A stretch of DNA of 55,380 bases from contig CAXHJY010000792.1 in the NCBI GenBank assembly GCA_964016885.1, positions 1 through 55,380 of the forward strand, in the 5' to 3' direction. Shown here piece by piece: positions 46,843 to 55,380 of the stretch (position 1 is the first letter of the stretch; every line of letters starts with the position of its first letter). The position numbers were made by a program, and so were the translations under genes. Source of the stretch: Eledone cirrhosa. Taxonomy: Eukaryota. Under the pieces are notes generated by a model. The model made no database searches, was not told the DNA's origin, and was given only the letters and a program-made list of their open reading frames with translations.

Positions 46843-49800
46843 GGCCCTTTCTGCCTGTGTGTTTGTTTGTTTATGTGTGTTCGTATACAGCGTGGTGATA
46901 ATGCCACACAAGGGCCAAGTGGGATGGCGGATCCACAGATGGCTATGTAAACATACATTCGCCAATCCTCGATAAGAGTGTTTAAATATCGAACATAAAC
47001 AGTTCGAATAACGGTGAAATGGAGACTAGAACGTCATGTGACAGACTCTCACCCAACAGGTGCCCCCTGGCTCAGCAGCAGGAACCTGACTGTCAACCAA
47101 ATACTGCTGATGTTGGAGGAAGGAGAAGAAGGAAAGGGGCCAGAACCAACTGGACGAAAGAATTGAATAGAACTGTTATGCAATGCTACCTGAAAAGTAA
47201 CCCCAAGGAGAGGGGCTACAGGAGACGGATGCATAACATCTGGAACGAGATTGGTTTATTTAAATTAGATGAACAAAAATTGGCCGGGCAGGCTCGGGTA
47301 ATAAGAACTAATGGGTGGATAAGCGAGCTGGAACTGGAGGAACTGAGCAGAGAGAATGGCTTGGAGATGGCGGGTGTAGTATGCCAGACAAGCGAGCCGG
47401 TGGGAAATGAAGGTGAGGAGGTCCTGAGAACGGAGGAACCACCCGAAGCAGACAATGATCTGAGTACTGAGATAAATAATACCTGGAACAGAGATACGGC
47501 CACTGAGGAGATGAATGCTGACGGGCTAGGACAAGATTCGGTTGACATCCTAAATTTAGTGGTAGATGAATTGAACAATGATAGTGGGAGACCTATGAAC
47601 CTAAGATTTGTAGACAGGAAAAAGTTAAAATAAACAACAGCTAAGGTAAACAAAGTCATCCCATACCTTGAGGCGAGGAGCCTTCACCAGTGCAACAATA
47701 TCCTCAGAGCAACAGCAAATACGGTGAGGAAACTACTTGGTATAAAAGCGAGAGGAAACAACAGACAAGAAAGAGCAGAGCCGTGGTGGAAGAAGCAACT
47801 GAGTGGGCAAATCGGGGAAATGAGAAATGACATAGGAAAGCTTGAGTCACTACTGAATGGGACACTAAAAAACATAGGCACTAAAAATAGACTGGAAATA
47901 AAATACAAAACTAGGAGTAAAAAGCTAAATATTATCATAGAGGAATTGAAGCAACGCATTGTAGCAAAGAGTGCAAAAATCAGGCGATACGAGAACAGAG
48001 TCAGTCAGTATAAACAGAACCGCATGTTCGACAACAACCAGAAGATGCTGTTTCGACAGCTTGAGGGCAAAGAAAGAGGCAACGACTTGATCCCTGGGGC
48101 GGAACAAACTAAAACATTCTGGAGAGGAATATGGGAGCAGGATGTTAGACACAATGCCCAGGCAGGGTGGATTGAGACAGTACAGAGGGAGATCGGTGAG
48201 CAGGCACAGCAACAGACTGATTTGAGTATCACAGTTGAAACTCTTAAGGGGCAAGCCAAAAAACTAACCAACTGGAAATCACCAGGCCCAGATGGTGTGC
48301 AGGGGTATTGGATTAAACATCTAACATCCCTCCACCCGAAGCTGACGGCCATGTTCAATGACTGCTTGGTGTCAGGTGAGGTGCCAGAGTGGTTGACAAA
48401 AGGTACCACAGTTCTGATAATGAAAGACCGAATCAAGGGTAATGATGCTACCAACTATAGACCTATCACATGTCTGCCCGTAATGTGGAAACTGTTGACG
48501 AGCATTGTGTCTGAGGAAATCTACCATCACCTCCACACAAACAACTTGTTACCGGACGAACAGAAAGGATGCCGAAAGAAGTCACGTGGTACAAAGGACC
48601 AGTTGCTTATTGATAAGATGGTAATGGGGAATTGCAGGAGGAGACACACTGATCTTGCCATGGGATGGATAGACTACAGAAAGGCATTTGACATGGTGCC
48701 TCATTCCTGGATCACCAAAAACCTGGAGATCTTCAGGGTGGCAGATAACATCAGACAGTTGCTAGGCAGGAGTATGGGGTCCTGGGAGACAGAGTTGACA
48801 TCAACTGGAGTATCCTTGGGAAGCGTGAAGATCAAGAGAGGTATCTTCCAGGGAGATAGCCTGTCCCCTCTGTTGTTTGTCCTTGCCCTGATGCCCTTGA
48901 CCATTATGCTGCGAAAAGTGAGAGCAGGATACAAGTTGGGAAGGGGAGAGCTTACCATCAATCACCTCCTCTTCATGGACGATCTTAAGCTCTTCGGGAA
49001 AAGTGAGAAGGAGTTGGATGTGCTTGTTGACACTGTCCGTATTTTCAGCAGTGATATATGTATGCAGTTTGGTATTGGTAAATGTGGAGTCATTGTGATG
49101 AAGAGGGGTAGGTTGAGCAGAAGTAACGGGATCCAGATACCAACAGGTGAGATGATAAAGGAAATTGACTCTGAGGAAGGATACAAGTATTTGGGCGTTC
49201 TGGAGGCTGATGGCATAAAGAACAAAAAAATGAAGGAATTGTTAAGAACTGAATACATTCGGAGAGTAAGGAGCGTATTGAAGTCACATCTGAACAGCAG
49301 AAATGCCATAAGCGCAGTAAATTCCCGAGCTGTGTCTATTATTAGGTACAGTGCGGGAATTCTGAGATGGAATGTTGCTGAACAAAAAGAAATGGATAGG
49401 AAGACTAGGAAGCTATTGACTATCTACAACATGTTCCACAAGAGGAGTGATGTCGATAGACTCTACCTAAGGAGATCTGAGGGTGGAAGAGGTCTTATCA
49501 GCATAGAGGACTGTGTTCAGATGGAGAAAAACAACCTATACAAATACGTGACCTATAGTAAGGAGCCAATGCTCAGAACTGTACTGAAGGAGGGGACAGT
49601 AGGCCAGGGGATGTCCAGGGGGGAAATAACATCAAGGAGGAAGAGCAGCCTTAAGGGAAAATCCCTTCATAGTACCTTCTTTGAGAAAACTGAATTTAGA
49701 GATCCACAGACATGGAACTGCTTGAGAAGAGGAGACCTCAAAAAGGCTACAGAAGGAATGCTAATGGCTGCGCAGGAGCAGGCCCTCAAAACGAAGTGGT

Positions 49801-50485
49801 TGAAGCACCATATCTACAAGGAGGAGGCTAGCCCACTGTGCAGGATCTGTGGAGAGAGAGAGGAGACTGTGGCTCACATTGTGTCCGAGTGTAAACACCT
49901 AGCCCAGACCCACTATAAGGGCTGGAGACACGATGTGATGGGCAGGGTGATCCACTGGCACCTGTGCAAAGTAAACAATCTACCACATTCTGAGAAATGG
50001 TATGAGCATAGGCCAGAGGCGGTGATGGAGAACAATCAGGTGAAGGTGCTGTGGGATTTTAGGATACAGACGGACAAAAAACTGGAACACAATAGACCTG
50101 ACCTGGTGGTTGTGGACAAAGAAAAAAGATCGTGCCTGATTGTGGATGTGGCCTGCCCGTTCGACACGAGAGTGCAAGAGAAGGAGAGGGAGAAAATTAA
50201 CCGATACAAGGACCTAAAGTGGGAGGTGAAAAGGATTTGGAACTGCCATGAAGTCAAAGTGATCCCGATTGTCATAGGCGCACTGGGGACTATCTCCAAA
50301 AGTTTCCAGGGATGGTTAAAGAAATTCGGCCCCTTCACGCTTTTTGGAACGCTTCAAAAGGCATGCTTGCTTGGAACAGCAAGAACCCTCCGATACGTCC
50401 TGAATATCTGAGGCTGCAGGTAGTGGCTTGATATTCAATCCAACGGACTTTCCAGTTAACCAACATCAATGACTGAGATTCAAGG
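46843..50485 (+). mobile_element. Dong/R4-clade RLE non-LTR retrotransposon, near full length (5' boundary uncertain, possibly about 46180)
   Basis: Single RT-CCHC-RLE ORF, 74-nt 3' UTR and (AAT)n 3' flank. Confidence 0.88.
47019..50411 (+). pseudogene. RT / restriction-like endonuclease ORF (1130 codons) with one in-frame TAA at 47631-47633
   Basis: ORFs 47019-47633 and 47724-50411 are in frame. Motifs: YRPITCL, DYRKAFD, QGDSLSP, FMDD, YKYLG, CRIC..H....C, RH, RPD..D..K. Confidence 0.92.
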
Positions 50486-50497
50486 AATAACAATAAC

Positions 50498-50527
<30 letters not shown>

Positions 50528-50528
<1 letters not shown>

Positions 50529-50815
50529 TTTTCTTTATTAACCACAAGGGTTTACATAAAGTAGACATTAAGGACAGTACAGGACAATACAGGACGGTAC
50601 AAATGGGCATTTCTGCGTGTAAAAAAAACAGAGGTTGAAATAAAATAACAAAGAAAAATTCCCCAATAGGGGGGAGACTTCCGAGGGACATTTGTGGAGA
50701 AAGCCCATTAAAAAGACCACAGTGGCCCTGACCACCAGGGCAAGTGCCCTCTCCCAGTTTTCCACCTTTAATTTACAGACACATACTCAGAGAAGGCCCA
50801 TTCATTCGGGCAATA
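50528..50815 (-). mobile_element. 3' end of another LINE (possibly L1/Tx1-like)
   Basis: Minus strand has an ORF end IARMNGPSLSMCL*, a pyrimidine-rich UTR and a terminal AATAAAG. The family assignment is from recall only. Confidence 0.4.
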
Positions 50816-50816
50816 C

Positions 50817-50857
<41 letters not shown>

Positions 50858-51210
50858 GTGCCTGATTGTGGATGTGGCCTGCCCATTCGACACGAGAGTG
50901 CAAGAGACGGAGTGGGAGAAAATTAACCGATACCAGGACTTAAAGTGGGAGGTAAAAAGGATTTGAAACTGCCATGAAGTCAAGGTGATCCCGATTGTCA
51001 TAGGCGCACTAGGGACTATCTCAAAAAGTTTCCAGGGATGGTTAAAGAAAATTGGCCCCTTCACGCTTTTTGGAACGCTTCAAAATGCATGCTTGCTGGG
51101 AACAGCAAGAACCCTCAGATACGTCCTGAATATCTGAGGCTGCAGGTAGTGGCTTGATATTCATCTCAACAAACTTTCCAGTTAACTAACATCAATGACT
51201 GAGACTCAAA

Positions 51211-51211
<1 letters not shown>
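50858..51211 (+). mobile_element. 5'-truncated Dong/R4 copy in (AAT)n
   Basis: Matches 50132-50485, with (AAT)n on both sides. Confidence 0.9.
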
Positions 51212-51291
<80 letters not shown>

Positions 51292-51293
<2 letters not shown>

Positions 51294-51885
51294 TTGAAGA
51301 CTAAAATCCAAAGAGGGCTCGATGAGGATAAATATATATCAGATATATGAGAGAACCGTAGAGCAAATATTTATTAAAATAACAGATTCAAGTTTAAGCA
51401 AAGAATCGCTGCTTTCACCCTTAACGGGATCTTCTGAAACTAAAAAGTCGTTCTGTGAACGAAGAAGTAAATATTTCAAAAAACGTTGCAACCGAAGGAA
51501 GACAGGAAGACGATACTTTGGTTCGTGGAAACGCATACTGGCAAAGAACGGAAAAAAACGAAGATAATACGTCATTATTTGGGGCGGTGAAAACAATTAC
51601 ACGCAGACAAAACCACGTTTATGGTATAAATGAAGTCGTAGACTAATATTCTATTAGGTGGTTCATGGAGACGTTCACTGGCAATGAACGGAAAAAACGA
51701 AGATAATACGTCATTATGTGGAGCGGTGAGAACAATTACACGCAAAGACAAAACCACGTAAATGGTATAACTGAAGTCGTAGACTAAAATTCAATTTAGG
51801 AAACCGAATGATTCTCGGCTTCAGAGTTAAGAATAAAGTAAATAAAAGCAGTGATTCTTTGCTTAAATTTTAATCTGTTATTTTA

Positions 51886-51893
<8 letters not shown>
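51292..51893. mobile_element. Small non-coding element with ~49-bp inverted repeats and an internal ~140-bp duplication
   Basis: Inverted 51367-51415 vs 51845-51893; direct about 51518-51647 vs 51659-51788. Confidence 0.55.
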
Positions 51894-51964
<71 letters not shown>

Positions 51965-52145
51965 AGCATACACATACATATATATGCCTATATATATAGT
52001 GGATAGAAGAGTTGGGTTGTGTAAATGCATGTGTGCGCGAAGACCGTAAGAGGAAACAGCAAGGCGAAATTTATAAGTAGCTGCCATTTTTTCTGATAGT
52101 AAATATATATATATATATATATATATATCGCTGATATATACATAT

Positions 52146-53478
52146 GAAACAACTGAGAATGGTAATATGTGTCGCATATCGGCTACCCGACGCCTCTAGT
52201 CATGAAGGTAAGTTTGAAGATAGCCTCAAAAGGTTGGAAGAAGTCCTTGACAAAATGGACCAGGGTCTCAACATTATTCTGCTGGGAGACTTTAACCTAC
52301 CAAAGGTCAAATGGCTTGAGGGCCACCCCCTCCCTGGAATGTCATCACTCGAACAGAGACTGACGGAGTCCATGCTGGTCCTTACACACAGGCTGTTCAT
52401 GGAACAAGCACTAGTCCTCTCAAAAAGAGGCGAGAATGTCCTGGATCTCTGCTTTACAAACAACGCAGTACTCATCCACAATGTAAAGGTGACACCAACG
52501 ATTTTCTCGGATTATAACTTAGTAGAACTAATGAGATATTGTCTGAGAGAGTCAGCAGAGACGCAATCATTAAGAAGCACCGGGAATTTATCCAGCCTAA
52601 ACATTCACAAGGCTAACTGGAAAAAGATTAAGAAAGAGATCCGGAAACAAAACTGGAACGACAACATGACCACACAAGACACCAACACACATTTTCAACA
52701 TTTCATGACAATACAAACTATACGCCATATGTTTGTCCCGGAGAAAAAGGCCAACGGACACAAAGATCTTATTCCCAGAGACAGGAAAATCCTTATCAGA
52801 CGAGGAAGTATGCTCTCAAACCAGTTAAATGCACAACAGAAGAACAAGAAGGAAACCTATGGAACGAATCATCAGTAAGAAACTGATCACGTTTCTCGAG
52901 GAAAATGACCGCCTAACTAGCATACATCATAGCTTTCGCCCAGGAAGAAGCTGCCTTACACAGCTGTTACAACATTATGATTGGGTACTGAAACAACTGC
53001 TGGAGAGCTCACATGTAGATGTGATATCTCTTGACTCGCTGCAGACGACTCGCTGGCTGGATCTTGAGAACTTTCTGGAAAAGAAACCGGGTGACTATAT
53101 TGATACTATGGAGGACATTTGTTCTAAGCCGACTGGACTACTGCTCCCAACTGTGGTCGTCCCATAGTATCAAACTAACCACGGAGCTTGAGGCAATCCA
53201 ACGAAGCTACACCAAGAGGATTGCCACGATGAAGGAGATGGGCTACTGGGAGAGGCTAAAAGAACTGAAACTCTACCCCTTGGAACGAAGACAAGAGAGA
53301 TACGCAGTGATATACATATGGAAAATCCTAGAAGGACTAGCACCAAACTTTGGCATTGAGAGCTGGACCAACCTACGAACAGGACGTCACTGTGTGGTGC
53401 CAAAGATCCCGTCTTTCACATCTAGAATAAGGAGTAGATATTGCAATAGTCTGGGGTTCAAAGGCCCTCAACTCTTAT
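52146..53478 (+). pseudogene. Internally deleted CR1-type LINE ORF2 (APE plus RT pieces)
   Basis: YRLP, LLGDFNLP, NVLDLCFTN, SDYN; FRPGRSCLTQL; GWILRTF, SRLDYCSQLW, YWERLKEL..LERR. Confidence 0.88.
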
Positions 53479-53482
53479 GTGA

Positions 53483-53727
53483 TATAATATAAAAAAAAGA
53501 AAAATCAGTGATGCATCTAGACCCAGTTTATTGCGCGTTACAATTGTTTCGCCGGCAGATAGCTCGAGACATGATCATTGTATAGATCTGCCTGATTCTA
53601 TAACTGTTATAGAATCAGGCAAATCCATACAATGATCATGTCTCGAGCTATCTGCCGGCGAAACAATTGTAACGCGCAATAAACTGGGTCTAGATGCATC
53701 ACTGATTTTTGGTTTTTTTATATTATA
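53483..53727. repeat. 245-bp near-perfect palindrome (centre 53605) of a PLE-type 3' end carrying half a hammerhead
   Basis: 122-bp arms with few mismatches; GAAAC-AATT-GTA in each arm; no CTGANGA. Confidence 0.85.
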
Positions 53728-53744
53728 TATTTATATATATATAT

Positions 53745-53842
53745 TTCCTCCCGTTTGACCTGTGCGGAATTCCTTCCTTGCTCACATTTGGACTAGGTTT
53801 GATGATCTTTATTCTCTCTCGTTCAGAATTTCACCGAACTTA
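53745..53842 (+). mobile_element. Fragment of the 28636-29733 family
   Basis: cccgtttgacctgtgcg.aatt..ttccttgctcacattt..aggtttgatg. Confidence 0.65.
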
Positions 53843-54447
53843 TATATCTAGTAACATATATATACATACAAATGCATATCGATGCTAGCAAATATATAGG
53901 TTTTGTCTTAATAACATTGTGGTTCAATGCATGGAGTTGCAGAACAATAATATAAGAGACGTAAGATAAGAAAATTATAAAATTAACTTACTTACTAAAA
54001 TATCACTTATTAACAACCCACTTTCCACCGATTGACCTCGATGTCACGTGTTCGATTCTTTTTGAATTTGCTACAAACACAGAGGCAGTGATTTTCTCAA
54101 TGGCTAGGAAGTAAGTCCACGCTTTGCTATTTCCTATTCACTGATTTATTTTTTAATAAGCTTCCAGAGTCCTCGCTTTGCCTGGAAACTTATATGAGAA
54201 TAGACTTTCCTGATGACGGGATGTTTCTCTACACCTTCTTCGGAAGATGTATCTACTCCATTCCAGAAACTAATTAGTTGGAAGTGATATTTTAGTAAGT
54301 AAGTTAATTTTATAATTTTCTTATCTTACGTCTCTTATATTATTGTTCTGCAACCCCATGCATTGAACCACAATGTTATTAAGACAAAACCTATATATTT
54401 GCTAGCATCGATATGCATCTGTATGTATATATATGTTACTAGATATA
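53843..54447 (+). mobile_element. PLE-type 3' end with HHR and a 166-bp inverted copy
   Basis: 53843-54008 is the reverse complement of 54282-54447. Confidence 0.8.
54204..54285 (+). ncRNA. Type I hammerhead ribozyme
   Basis: Stem I actttc/ggaagt; CTGATGA 54210; gggatg/cattcc plus taca-cttc-TTCG-gaag-tgta; GAAAC-TAATTA-GTT. Confidence 0.85.
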
Positions 54448-54472
54448 AATTCTTTATTATATATATATATAT

Positions 54473-54654
54473 AATTGTTTCTACTTTAGGCACAAGGCCA
54501 GCAATTACCCAGTGCATTACTGGTACTTTTTATTTTATCGACCCCGTAAGGATGAAAGGCAAAGTCAACCTCGGCGGGATTTGAACTCAGATCGTAAAGG
54601 GACGTAACTATGATGGAAAGCATGGCGTCCGACCCTCCACCGATACTGCCAATC
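54473..54654 (-). mobile_element. tRNA-derived SINE
   Basis: Same family as 22076-22268. Confidence 0.88.
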
Positions 54655-54714
54655 TGAGAGGTATACATATATATGTGCATACATACATATACATGTATAT
54701 ATATATATATATAT

Positions 54715-54777
<63 letters not shown>

Positions 54778-55380
54778 TCGCTAGCTAGATAGATATGCGA
54801 ATTTTTGTGCGATCGGCCACATGGCTTTCTGGTTTCGGCAAATATGTCGTTTCAAGTTCGCATCGTTCTCCTTGTGATTATAAGTGACATTGTATACTGA
54901 GCGTTCTTAGTATAGAGGCTGCGTTGTGTTCGAGAGTTGATAAAAAACAGTTATTCCAGAGGCGGTACGGGTTCGAATCTTATCGAATGTGTTGTGCTTG
55001 GCTGTTTCAATCATGCTTTTTCTTTTATTATAGGCTCATATCCTATCTGTGTTTAAGTTGGGTGGAGTCGGAGAGGGGAGAATAAACCTCGTTGTATTAA
55101 ATAAAATAAACCACAAGACGAAATATGTTGATGCGAGTTCGTATCATTTACATGTCAAAATTATAGTTTGTGTGTGTGTGTGCGCGTGTGTAAGTACGTT
55201 TATGCGCGCGCGCGCGTGTGTGTGTGTGTGTATATGTGCCTGTGTGTATGTGTGCATGCGTGCCTGTGTCTATATGTAGATGAATACCGGACATAAATGG
55301 CATATCGGTTAAACAATAGGATGAAAAAGATATATAGATAAAGAGAGTGAGAGAGAGAGTGTCAGTGAGCGAGAAAGAGT

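Overview
This is gene-free, repeat-saturated animal DNA. The SINE and LINE complement suggests an octopod cephalopod, which is an inference. No host gene is supported, and the many YI/IY ORFs are artefacts of (TA)n tracts. The window is a scaffold of (TA)n and (AAT)n microsatellites carrying many retroelement insertions. These are: four decayed Penelope-like elements (PLEs; RT with YRDD in three, plus a CxCx5C-type linker and C-terminal GIY-YIG, Hydra-clade-like), two other PLE relics, a nearly intact Dong/R4-type RLE non-LTR element with two truncated copies in (AAT)n, CR1 fragments, five copies of a ~610-bp bipartite RTE-derived element, tRNA-derived SINEs and an LTR relic. The standout feature is a ~6-kb array (7881-13862) of about 19 apparently identical 310-bp non-coding units. 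Each unit carries a minimal type I hammerhead ribozyme (HHR), and the array forms a giant palindrome that flips at a small hairpin inside the unit. This fits a recently inserted retrozyme (circular RNA) multimer. A diverged 317-bp sister family with a compensatory hairpin change lies at 43692-44115. In total about 30 HHR motifs from roughly 10 families are visible by eye. Most have family-specific palindromic stem III, and several have very long stem II. Most inverted insertions share one architecture: 3' ends point outward into microsatellite, and one arm carries an extra tail. All folds were paired by eye, not computed.
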